Assembly: GCA_040954595.2 (NCBI GenBank)
Contig: CM082598.2
Coordinates: 6,277,097 to 6,341,096, forward strand
Direction of reading: 5' to 3'
From: Balanoglossus misakiensis
Lineage: Eukaryota; Animalia; Hemichordata
DNA: 64,000 nucleotides
The notes beneath the pieces were generated by a model. The model had not been told where the DNA came from. It did no database searches and saw only the letters and a list, made by a program, of their open reading frames with translations. Position numbers and translations under genes: made by a program. This document shows, one piece after another, positions 38,649-51,128 of the stretch. Each line of letters starts with the position of its first letter. Position 1 is the first letter of the stretch.

Positions 38649-41600
38649 TTTTTTGATAAAAATCATGGGTTATAGCTCATGAAAATCACCCAAAAATGAA
38701 AATTTTTCGACTTTGCGAAATTTCAATATTTATCCATTTTTTTGATAAAATCATGGGTTATAGCTCACGAAAATCATCCAAAAATTTTTCGACTTTGCGA
38801 AATTTCAATATTTATCCATTTTTTTGATAAAAATCATGGGTTATAGCTCATGAAAATCACTCCAAAATGACAATTTTTCGACTTTGCGAAATTTCAATAT
38901 TTATCCATTTTTTGATAACAATCATGGGTTATAGCTCATGAAAATCACCCAAAAATGACAATTTTTCGACTTTGCGAAATTTCAATATTTATCCATTTTT
39001 TGATAAAAATCATGGGTTATAGCTCATGAAAATCATCCAAAAATGAAAATTTTTCGACTTTGCGAATTTTAAATATTTATCCATTTTTTGATAAAAAATC
39101 ATGGGTTATAGCTCATCAAAATCACCCAAAAATGACAATTTTTCGACTTTGCGAAATTTCAATATTTATCCATTTTTTTGATAAAAATCATGGGTTATAG
39201 CTCATGAAAATCACCCAACTATGACAATTTTTTGACTTTGCGAAATTTCAATATTTATCCATTTTTTTGATAAAAATCATGGGTTATAGCTCATGAAAAT
39301 CACCCTAAAATGACAATTTTTCGACTTTGCGAAATTTCAATATTTATCTATTTTTTGATAAAAATCATGGGTTATAGCTCATGAAAATCACCCAAAAATG
39401 ACATTTTTTCGACTTTGCGAATTTTAAATATTTATCCATTTTTTGATAAAAATCATGGGTTATAGCTCATGAAAATCACCCAAAAATGACAATTTTTCGA
39501 CTTTGCGAAATTTCAATATTTATCCATTTTTTTGATAAAAATCATGGGTTAGAGCTCATGAAAATCATTCAAAAATTACAAATTTTAGACTTTGCGAATT
39601 TTAAATATTTATACATTTTTTGATGAAAATCATGGGTTATAGCTCATGAAAATCACCCAAAAATGACAAGTTTTCCACTTTTCGAATTTTCAAAATTTCT
39701 TCATTTTTTGAAAAAATCATGGGTTATAGCTCATGAACATCATCCAAAAATGACAATTTTTCGACTTTGCGAAATTTCAATATTTATCCATTTTTTGATA
39801 AAAAATCATGGGTTATAGCTCATCAAAATCACACAAAAATGACAATTTTTCGACTTTGCGAAATTTCAATGTTTATCCATTTTTTTGATAAAAATCATGG
39901 GTTATAGCTCATGAAAATCATCCAAAAATGACAATTTTTCGACTTTGCGAATTTTAAATATTTATCCATTTTTTGATAAAAATCATGGGTTATATAATAG
40001 CTCATGAAATTCACCCCAAAATGACAATTTTTCGACTTTGCGAAATTTCAATATTTATCCATTTTTTGATAAAAATCATGGGTTATAGCTCATGAAAATC
40101 ATCCAAAAATGACAATTTTTTCGACTTTGCGAAATTTCAATATTTATCCATTTTTTGATAAAAATCATCGGTTATAGCTCATGAAAATCATCCAAAAATG
40201 ACAATTTTTCGACTTTGCGAAATTTCAATATTTATCCATTTTTTGATAAAATCATGGGTTATGGCTCACGAAAATCATCCAAAAATGACAATTTTTCGAC
40301 TTTGCGAATTTTCAATATTTATCCATTTTTTGATAAAAATCATGGGTTATAGCTCATGAAAATCATCCAAAAATGACACATTTTCGACTTTGCGAAATTT
40401 CAATGTTTATCCATTTTTTTTATAAAAATCATGGGTTATAGCTCATGAAAATCATCCAAAAATGACAATTTTTCGACTTTGCGAATTTTCAATATTTATC
40501 CATTTTTTGATAAAAATCATGAGTTATAGCTCATGAAAATCATCCAAAAATGACAATTTTTCGACTTTGCGAAATTTCAATATTTATCCATTTTTTGATA
40601 AAAATCATGGGTTATAGCTCACGAAAATCATCCAAAAATGACAATTTTTAGACTTTGCGAAATTTCAATGTTTATCCATTTTTTTGATAAAAATCATGGG
40701 TTATAGCTCATGAAGATCATCCAAAAATGACAATTTTTCGACTTTGCGAAATTTCAATGTTTATCCATTTTTTTGATAAAAATCATGGGTTATAGCTGAC
40801 GAAAATCATCCAAAAATGACAATTTTTCGACTTTGCGAAATTTCAATGTTTATCCATTTTTTGATAAAAATCATGGGTTATAGCTCATGAAAATCACCCA
40901 AAAATGACAATTTTTCGACTTTGCGAATTTTCAAAATTTCTTCATTTTTTGACAAAATCATCAGTTATAGCTCATGAAAACTATCCAAAAATGACAATTT
41001 TTCGACTTTGCGAAATTTCAATATTTATCCATTTTTTGATAAAAATCATGGGTTATAGCTCATGAAAATCACCCAAAAATGAAAATTTTTTGACTTTGCG
41101 AAATTTCAATATTTATCCATTTTTTGATAAAAATCATGGGTTATAGCTCATGAAAATCACCCAAAAATGAAAATTTTTCGACTTTTCGAAATTTCAATGT
41201 TTATCCATTTTTTGATAAAAATCATGGGTTATAGCTCATGAAAATCACCCAAAAATGACAATTTTTCGACTTTGCGAAATTTTAATATTTATCCATTTTT
41301 TGATAAAAATCATGGGTTATAGCTCATGAACATCACCCAAAAATGACAATTTTTCGACTTTGCGGAATTTCAATATTTATCCATTTTTTGATAAAAATCA
41401 TGGGTTATATATATATGAAAATTACACAAAAATGACAATTTTTCGATTTTGCGAATTTTCAAAATTTCTTCATTTTTTGAAAAAATCATCAGTTATAGCT
41501 CATGAAAATCATCCAAAAATGACAATTATTCGACTTTGCGAAATTTCAATATTTATCCATTTTTTGATAAAAATTATGGGTTATAGCTCACGAAAATCAC

Positions 41601-43791
41601 CCAAAAATGACAATTTTTCGACTTTGCGAAATTTCAATATTTATCCATGTTTTGATAAAAATCATGGGTTATAGCTCACGAAAATCACCCAAAAATGACA
41701 ATTTTTCGACTTTGCGAAATTTCAATATTTATCCATTTTTTGATGAAAATCATGGGTTATAGCTCATGAAAATCACCCAAAAATGACAATTTTTCGACTT
41801 TGCGAAATTTCAATATTTATCCATTTTTTGATAAAAATCATGGGTTATAGCTCACGAAAATCATTCAAAAATGACAATTTTTCGACTTTGCGAATTTTAA
41901 ATATTTATCCATTTTTTGATAAAAATCATGGGTTATAGCTCATGAAAATCATCCAAAAATGACAATTTTTCGACTTTGCGAAATTTCAATATTTATCCAT
42001 TTTTTGATAAAAACCATGGGTTATAGCTCATGAAAATCACCCAAAAATGACAATTTTTTGACTTTGCAAAATTTCAATATTTATACATTTTTTGATAAAA
42101 ATCATGGGTTATATATATATATGAAAATCACACAAAAATGACAATTTTTCGACTTTGCGAATTTTCAAAATTTCTTCATTTTTTGAAAAAATCATCAGTT
42201 ATAGCACATGAAAATCACCCAAAAATAACAATTTTTTGACTTTGCGGAATTTCAATATTTATCCATTTTTTGATAAAAATCATGGGTTATATATATATGA
42301 AAATTACACAAAAATGACAATTTTTCGACTTTGCGAATTTTCAAAATTTCTTCATTTTTTGAAAAAATCATCAGTTATAGCTCATGAAAATCATCCAAAA
42401 ATGACAATTATTCGACTTTGCGAAATTTCAATATTTATCCATTTTTTGATAAAAATCATCGGTTATAGCTCATGAAAATCATCCAAAAATGACAATTTTT
42501 CGACTTTGCGAAATTTCAATATTTATCCATTTTTTGATAAAAATTATGGGTTATAGCTCATGAAAATCATCCAAAAATGACAATTTTTCGACTTTGCGAA
42601 ATTTCAATATTTATCCATTTTTTGATAAAAATCATGGGTTATAGCTCACGAAAATCACCCAAAAATGACAATTTTTCGACTTTGCGAAATTTCAATATTT
42701 ATCCATTTTTTGATGAAAATCATGGGTTATAGCTCATGAAAATCACCCAAAAATGACAATTTTTCGACTTTGCGAAATTTCAATATTTATCCATTTTTTG
42801 ATAAAAATCATGGGTTATAGCTCACGAAAATCATTCAAAAATGACAATTTTTCGACTTTGCGAATTTTAAATATTTATCCATTTTTTGATAAAAATCATG
42901 GGTTATAGCTCATGAAAATCATCCAAAAATGACAATTCTTCGACTTTGCGAAATTTCAATATTTATCCATTTTTTGATAAAAACCATGGGTTATAGCTCA
43001 TGAAAATCACCCAAAAATGACAATTTTTTGACTTTGCAAAATTTCAATATTTATACATTTTTTGATAAAAATCATGGGTTATATATATATATGAAAATCA
43101 CACAAAAATGACAATTTTTCGACTTTGCGAATTTTCAATATTTATCCATTTTTTGATAAAAATCATGGGTTATAGCTCATGAAAATCACCCAAAAATGAA
43201 AATTTTTCGACTTTTCGAAATTTCAATGTTTATCCATTTTTTCATAAAAATCATGGGTTATAGCTCATGAAAATCACCCAAAAATGACAATTTTTCGACT
43301 TTGCGGAATTTCAATAATTATCCATTTTTTGATAAAAATCATGGGTTATATATATATGAAAATTACACAAAAATGACAATTTTTCGACTTTGCGAATTTT
43401 CAAAATTTCTTCATTTTTTGAAAAAATCATCAGTTATAGCTCATGAAAATCATCCAAAAATGACAATTATTCGACTTTGCGAAATTTCAATATTTATCCA
43501 TTTTTTGATAAAAATCATCGGTTATAGCTCATGAAAATCATCCAAAAATGACAATTTTTCGACTTTGCGAAATTTCAATATTTATCCATTTTTTGATAAA
43601 AATTATGGGTTATAGCTCATGAAAATCATCCAAAAATGACAATTTTTCGACTTTGCGAAATTTCAATATTTATCAATTTTTTGATAAAAATCATGGGTTA
43701 TAGCTCACGAAAATCACCCAAAAATGACAATTTTTCGACTTTGCGAAATTTCAATATTTATCCATTTTTTGATGAAAATCATGGGTTATAG
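38646..43791 (+). repeat. 88-bp AT-rich tandem satellite, left segment
   Basis: Monomer ATTTATCCATTTTTTGATAAAAATCATGGGTTATAGCTCATGAAAATCACCCAAAAATGACAATTTTTCGACTTTGCGAAATTTCAAT, repeated head to tail. Confidence 0.98.
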
Positions 43792-44324
43792 TGTTACGAT
43801 CTGTATAAAGGTCAAATACGATTTCAAGGGTTAATTAATCCAGAGCTCGGGAATGTCAATGTTTGATAGTATTTGATTTTATGTATTTGAAGTAGATAGG
43901 GAGAGCGGGTGTTTAACTGACTGCTCTGATTCTCAATCATCACCGAACTGACTTTGTTATATAACACTTTATGGAAATTGGTACGTATAGAGTTGACTGA
44001 TGTCCAATGAAATTGTAACACATTGTATTTGTGATATTTTACATTATTAACCACGCCTTGAGAAAAGTAATTATAAGAGAACTTTGTTTCCAAAGTTGAA
44101 AAAAGAAATAATCTAACGGGAGATGGGAGTACCTCAGGCTACTGAGCTTGTTCCCTTCCTCATGTACTTTACTGGGCGTATTTGATGTACTGGAGTAGTT
44201 CTGGACAATAAATGAACGTGAATCAGATACGTGTCTCCGTGGATCACTGTTCTCGTCAGAGCCCGATACCTCATCGCTACAGATTCCCCAATGCATGAAC
44301 AATCATGAGAAACCAGCCATAATA
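43792..44324 (+). repeat. Gypsy 5' LTR
   Basis: TGTTACG...CCATAATA; a direct repeat at offset 6804. Confidence 0.96.
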
Positions 44325-44326
44325 CA

Positions 44327-44344
44327 TGGTGGAGATACGTGGGT
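44327..44344 (+). promoter_or_regulatory. Primer-binding site, probably tRNA-Ala
   Basis: TGGTGGAGAT, 2 nt after the LTR, is complementary to the ...ATCTCCACCA end of eukaryotic tRNA-Ala. Confidence 0.65.
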
Positions 44345-44401
44345 AGACGAAACAAATCCATCGGAGACAGAAACGGCGACGTCCAGCGGAAAGATTACAG
44401 C

Positions 44402-47400
44402 ATGGATCGCGAGATGCTAAACGACATGAACAGTCAAATATCGGAAATACGACAGGTTACAGTCAGAGCTGGAGGTCAGGTAGGCCCAGGTTTCTTTTCG
44501 GCTACAGAGACTGAGAATGCACACCGATGGTGGAAAAATATATAGACTTTGCTGACTTTAAGCAATGGTCAGACGAGAAACGGCTTAAAGGAATCGGACT
44601 ATATTTGACTGGTGAAGCGGAGCGATGGTTCTACAGACTGTCTGCTGAAAAGAAAAATGACTTGACGACACTGCAAAATGTCTTCCTCGCTCGTTTTGAT
44701 AAGTGCGGTCCGATGTGGCTGTATGACGAGAAACTGTTTCGCCTGAAGCAACTGCCGGACCAGACTGTTGAACAATATGCGGAATTAATATGCGAAAAAG
44801 CAGAAAAAGCGAAAAAGACTGATGAGGAACTACTATCTTTCTTCATGAACGGACTGAGACCGGACATACTAAAGTTCGTAGCGGGAATGTCACCTAAGGA
44901 CTTCGAAACAGCGTACAAACATGCTCGAACAGCAGAGGTCGTGGCAGGATTACCAGAGACAGACGAGCCAGAAGCGGGTCTTTTACAACAAATCTCGACA
45001 CGGATTGACGACATGAAACAAGAAAATCAAGAAGTGAAGACCAAATCAAGCGCGGCAGATCATCGAGGACGATCCACAAACAGAGAGAAGAAATCGCCGA
45101 ATTACAGAGCAAGAGAACGAACAATAGACAATAAGGTAAAGAGGAACAGATATAATTTTACTGGACACTCTGCCCAACGTTTTCCTCGACATAGTCAATT
45201 TAATTCCCGTGCATGTTTTAATTGTGGGCGTTACGATCATATAGCTAGAAATTGTTCAAAATATGCGTTCTCTGGAAATGTTTCGAAGCCTAGTCGGAAA
45301 TTTTATTTTGATGGATCGTCCGACAGCAGGTCATGTGCAGGTGTAAATGCACTCGGGAAAGAGGGTGCCTATAATGTTAAAGATGGTGTAAACTTTGTTA
45401 ACAAAGATGGGTGTGCTTTTCATGAGAATGTTATTCCAATTTCAATATGTCATGAAAAAGTGACGTCATTAATTGATACTGGAGCACATATTACTGTAGC
45501 TCCTATTCGGTTGTTAGAGCTTATTCCCGCTCTAAAGAATTATCCGATGTTCAAGTCCAGATATAATTGTGTACATACAGCACACGAAGACAAATTGAAG
45601 GTAATTGGATTTATGAAAATACCCGCTTTTATTGGGAATAAGCGTGTATTACTGTATGTTAATTTAGTTGAGTCTCTTCAGCATAATCTGATTTTGGGAC
45701 TTGATTTTATGAAGCGTTATAGAGCTGTTATTGATTTCAAGGGTAATATTTTAAGATTACAATCAGACGTACCGTTAAGAACAAATGTTGATGTTAACAT
45801 TTCACCTGGAAGTGAAATGGTTATTCCAGTGAAAGTACCGTATAAATATCTTACTGGAGTTTTAGGTTGTATTTGTGATAAACGAACACGCTTAACCCCG
45901 GGTATTTTGGTAGCTAAGGGGTTGGCCTATTCGAATAAGAATTTTCTTCCCATGCGAGTTGTAAACACTTTGGATACTGTGGTCAAAATTAAGAAAAACA
46001 GTGTTGTTGGAATGTTTTCGCCCTTGCCCCGTAATAGTGAAATAGTCCCACTCGATAATACTGCCGTTAATTGTGTCTCACCTCAAGGGCCCCGTACACA
46101 GAAAGAGACGGATTATTTGATGGGTCAATTGAAATTTAATGAATTAGAGATAACTAAGGCACAGCGTAAACAGCTTAGAGATGTTTTACTGCACAATATG
46201 GAAGCTTTTGTTGATTCTAGTGGTCGTTTAGGCAACTGTGATGTAATCAAACATACAATACGATTACAAGAGGGTGCTGCCCCGTTCCGTCGCCCACCTT
46301 ACCGAGTAACGCCTGAGAAAAGGAGTGAACTTGAGCGACAAGTTGATCAGCTGTTAGAACAAAATATTATCGAGCCGTCCACTTCACCGTTTGCTAGTCC
46401 AGTAGTTTTAGTCAAAAAGCCTGATGGTTCGTGGCGTTTTTGCACAGATTTCCGTCATTTGAATAATATTACAGTGCCTGATTCGTTTCCCTTACCTAGA
46501 ACTGACGAATCTCTTGAAATGTCAGGCAAGAATAAGCCTCAGTATTTTTCGACGCTTGATTTACAGTCAGGATTGTTTCAATTGGAATTAGATGAAGAGA
46601 GCAGACCAAAAACAGCTTTTGTCACACATCAAGGGTTATATCAATACAGGAGACTTGCCCAGGGGTTGCGAAATAGTCCCAGTTGTTTTCAGCGTACTAT
46701 GCAACACGTGTTACGCAATATTATGTGGCAATATGTGTTATGTTATATCGATGATATTATTATATTTAGCAGCTCTTTTGAGGAGCATCTTCAACACATT
46801 GATACTGTCCTAACCAGGTTACGTCAAGCTGGATTGAAATTAAAGCCCAGCAAATGTCAATTTATGAGAAAGAGTGTTAAATTTTTGGGTCATATTATCA
46901 GTAAGGATGGAATTGCGGTTGACGAGAGTAAAGTAACAGCTGTTAAAGAATATCCCCGTCCTCATACTGTCACACAGCTGAAATCATTTTTGGGGTTGGC
47001 CAATTATTATAGAAAGTTTATAAAGAATTTCTCGATCATTGCAAGGCCTCTGCATAAATTGTTGGGAAAGGACACGAAATTTGAATGGAATGATCGATGC
47101 GACCATGCATTCGAGAAATTAAAACATGTCCTGTGTCAAGCACCAATTCTAGGGTATCCTGATATGAATGATAATTTCACAATTTATACCGATAGTTCCA
47201 CTCATGCCCTGGGGTTTGTTTTAGCTCAACGACAGAATGGTGTTGAACGAGTGATTTTATATGGGGGTCGAAGTTTAAACTGTCACGAAAGAAATTACTC
47301 AATTACAGAATTGGAAGCTTTGGCCGTCATTCATGCTATCCGACAATGTGATCACTATGTACGGAGCAACCATGTCACTATAGTGACTGATCATTCCAAT

Positions 47401-49568
47401 CTGACTTACATGTTTAAACAGAAAATACCAAGGGGCGTATTGGCCGTTGGATAATGACCATGCAGCAGTACGATTACGAAATTATCTATAGACCTGGTAA
47501 GAAACATATGAATGCTGACGGGTTGTCAAGGAGACCATATCAACAATGTGAGGGGTACAAGTCTGACGTCACTGATTTAGAGTATGCGCCTGAAATGAAT
47601 TACAAGCCTAACAGTCAGCCAATGGTAGATAAGTGTGTAAACACTGTGCCCATAAACTCACCTTGTATAAATAATATACATACAGGGCAACAAACCGAAC
47701 CTGAGGTTCATAATTCTGCTAATAGTGAGGACACATCTGGGTATGGGATTTTACTTAACAGTTCTAACGACACTTGTAACACTGACGTGGAGGAAAATGC
47801 TTCCAACACTGAAGTGGATAAAACATTCGACAGTGAGGTGCAATCAAGAATGAAGGGAGAACAGAGAAAGGATGATTATTTGAGTAAATTTCTTAATTAT
47901 TTAGAAAATGATGAGTTACCAACTGATCAAAAGTTAGCTCGTAAATTTGTTAGTATGGCTCCAAATTATGACATTGTTGACGGGGTTTTGTATCATTTTT
48001 GGAAACCTACGGGGAAATCAGCTGGTAAATTAGATTGTGTTAGACAGGTTGTGATACCTAAGTCCTTAAGAAATTATGTTCTGCGGTGGGCTCATGATTG
48101 TGTTTTAGCGGGACATTTGGGATACACTAAAACGTTGGGAGTTTTAAGACAGAGGTATTTTTGGGAAAGGATGCCCCGGGATGTTAATATGTACGTAAAG
48201 ACATGCGCACATTGTCACACACGAAAGAGAGCCACACCCCCTACTCATGCTAAGTTGTTACCTATTCCAGTTTCAGGACCCTGGGACCGACTGGGTATGG
48301 ATATTGTGGGACCCCTCCCTAGAACGTATGATGGTCATAAATACATCTTAGTACTTACTGATTACTTTACTAAATTTCCACTAGCATATCCATTACGTAA
48401 TGCACGAGCTGAGACAGTCGCAAAGATCTTGTTTGATGAAGTAATTGCTACTTATGGCAGCCCCAGAGTTTTGCTGAGTGATCAGGGATCGAATTTTTTA
48501 TCCCAAGTAGTTCGTGAAACTTGCAAATTTTTCAACATCCAGAGGAAAGTTTCGACCCCTTATCGTCCACAGACTAATGGCCTTACAGAGCGTTTCAATG
48601 GTTGCCTAGTCGACATGCTGTCCATGTTTGTCGATAGTAAACAGAAAGATTGGGATCGGTACCTAAGTTCAGTGCTTTTCGCTTATAGAGTTAGCCCTCA
48701 AGAGTCCAGTGGGTTCAGTCCTTATTATCTGTTATATGGTCGGCATCCCACATTGCCCATGGATGTTGAGTTTCAGCCAGTTGAGGGGAGGACGAGAAAT
48801 ATAGATACACACCTTAAACATTTAGCTGCTAAAAGGGAGATAGCTCATAAAATCGCCAAAGAGAATATATATCGATATCAACAGAATATGAAGGACCGTT
48901 ATGATCAAAATATCCAACGGTCACAAAATCTTAAAGTGGGGGACCCTGTATATTTATACACACCATCTGTTAAACCAGGAGTTAATAAGAAATTCGTACA
49001 TAAGTGGACAGGTCCTTACATTATTTCTGAGAAGGTGGGTCCTGTTAATTACAAGTTGCGTTTCATAAATAGCACCAGGAATTATCGTAAGGTCATTCAT
49101 GTGAATAGACTTAAAAGAGCTTATTTGCGCCCTTCTGAGTTTGACTCATCCTCATCTGATGAGTCGTGTGAAGAAAACGATGTCCCAGAAACCACAAATT
49201 ATGAAAATGGGACCGAAATATGTCAAAGTCCAGAAGCAGAAACATATGCAGAATCAGAAAATGGATCTGATCAAATTGAGGGATTGAGAGATTTGTCGTC
49301 AAGGACAAATCCCAGTGCTTTCGATGAAACTGACAACAATGGAAATTGTCAGACTAATGCTTCTGAGCCATTTTACGATATAGACAATGTGTTAAAGGGT
49401 CGATATAGAAATGGGAAATTACAGTATTTGGTTAAGTGGAAGAATTATTCAAACAAACATAATACTTGGGAGGATGAAGACAATTTGAATGAAACTGCGA
49501 AAGAGTATTTGATGAGAAATCCTGTAAAGATACAAGGGAAACAGGTTATAGCACATTTGCACATTTAA
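44402..49568 (+). CDS. pol: Ty3/gypsy Gag-Pol polyprotein with C-terminal chromodomain (two 1-nt frameshifts)
   Basis: Zinc knuckle CFNCGRYDHIARNC; protease LIDTGA; RT YIDD; RNase H YTDSS/ELEALA/TDH; integrase HHCC, GMD, SDQGSNF, GLTER; GPY motif; chromodomain YDIDNVL..YLVKWKNY..NTWEDEDNL. Frame breaks at the A5 run 44534-44538 and the G4 run 47432-47435. Confidence 0.95.
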
Positions 49569-50582
49569 ATCTATGGACAGAAAAATATATGCGTAACAGA
49601 AAAAAAACACGGAAAAGGGCGACACGTGGTTGAGTGAATTGAAAATGTGAATATGACTGAGAGGTATGAGTGTTGGCCGGCCTGTATGAGTGAGTGTACG
49701 ATTGGCGTGTCCCTTGATTCGTTTAATGTTACGTAAGTTGTCGAATGACATTTTATTATCCGTTGGTTGCTGAGTTTAGTTGTAAGTGCTGTGCAACCTG
49801 GTTCCCGTGTCACTCTGTTTAAATGTGTTTATGTATTTGAGTTGAGTTGTAAAGAAATTACCAGTGAAGTTTGAAGTTGCAGAGATTTTATCACTGGAGA
49901 AAATGTTGTGAGTTGAATTTGCCGTTCGTTTGATGACCTAAATAGATGGTCCAATGTGTGTAAATAGCCCCTTTTAATGGCTATGTGTTTGTATAAAGAA
50001 ACCAAAGAAAATCCGATTTTCGAATGAAGAAAATGCCATTTTCGAAGTTGTAAAGAGTGGATTTTTGACAAAACGCTAAGATGTTTCAGTTTTAATTTTT
50101 TAAAGGTTATGGAATTTGCCCGACATGACGTAACTCAAGAATAAGCAATGTCGGATGATCGTTCGATGTAAAAGAATGCAAGAGTATTTCGTTTGAGTCA
50201 ATAAGACAACAGATATTAAGATTGTGTTCTATGATGGATACAACGTTTTATGGGTTTATAGAAGGAATTGTGATTTTATTGTTTATATTAGTAGGTGGAT
50301 ATGTGTGCGAAGGTTTTATGAGCACATACTATTTTAAGTTTATATGTACTTTTATTCTGTAGTAATTTTTGTATTGTAATTTTGTAATTTTTCAAGACGA
50401 TCACTTCATAGACATGACTCGATTTTTTCAAATATTTTACTTCAATTTTGTTATATATATTGTACTCTTACATTTCAAAATCATACGGTACATCTTAATA
50501 TATTCTTGGGGTGGAATTGAACGATTACCCTTGGTGTACTGCTCTTTAAGAGATTTGTGTCCAATGCGGGACGCATTGGGTT

Positions 50583-50595
50583 AAAAGGAGGGGAG
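50583..50595 (+). promoter_or_regulatory. Polypurine tract
   Basis: AAAAGGAGGGGAG immediately before the 3' LTR. Confidence 0.9.
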
Positions 50596-51128
50596 TGTTA
50601 CGATCTGTATAAAGGTCAAATACGATTTCAAGGGTTAATTAATCCAGAGCTCGGGAATGTCAATGTTTGATAGTATTTGATTTTATGTATTTGAAGTAGA
50701 TAGGGAGAGCGGGTGTTTAACTGACTGCTCTGATTCTCAATCATCACCGAACTGACTTTGTTATATAACACTTTATGTAAATTGGTACGTATAGAGTTGA
50801 CTGATGTCCAATGAAATTGTAACACATTGTATTTGTGATATTTTACATTATTAACCACGCCTTGAGAAAAGTAATTATAAGAGAACTTTGTTTCCAAAGT
50901 TGAAAAAAGAAATAATCTAACGGGAGATGGGAGTACCTCAGGCTACTGAGCTTGTTCCCTTCCTCATGTACTTTACTGGGCGTATTTGATGTACTGGAGT
51001 AGTTCTGGACAATAAATGAACGTGAATCAGATACGTGTCTCCGTGGATCACTGTTCTCGTCAGAGCCCGATACCTCATCGCTACAGATTCCCCAATGCAT
51101 GAACAATCATGAGAAACCAGCCGTAATA
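50596..51128 (+). repeat. Gypsy 3' LTR
   Basis: TGTTACG...CCGTAATA. I see only two substitutions relative to the 5' LTR. Confidence 0.96.

Larger units (their letters stand above)
43792..51128 (+). mobile_element. Full-length chromodomain-bearing Ty3/gypsy retrotransposon inserted in the satellite
   Basis: 533-bp LTRs at 43792-44324 and 50596-51128. 4-bp TSD ATAG at 43788-43791 and 51129-51132. PBS at 44327, PPT at 50583-50595. Domain order gag-PR-RT-RH-IN-chromo. Confidence 0.97.

Noticed and set aside
38700-38725. CENP-B box in the satellite (TTCG...CG)
   Set aside because: TTCGACTTTGCGAA does not fit TTCGnnnnAnnCGGG in spacing or in the 3' bases.
43824-44361. Minus-strand ORFs duplicated at 50628-51183
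   Set aside because: They lie within the LTRs, so the duplication reflects LTR identity rather than coding conservation.
44525-47460. Programmed ribosomal frameshifts in the gypsy element
   Set aside because: The breaks fall in early gag and inside RNase H, not at the gag/pol boundary, and no canonical slippery heptamer is present.
49569-50582. env-like third ORF after pol
   Set aside because: No long + strand ORF; it reads as an AT-rich 3' untranslated region.
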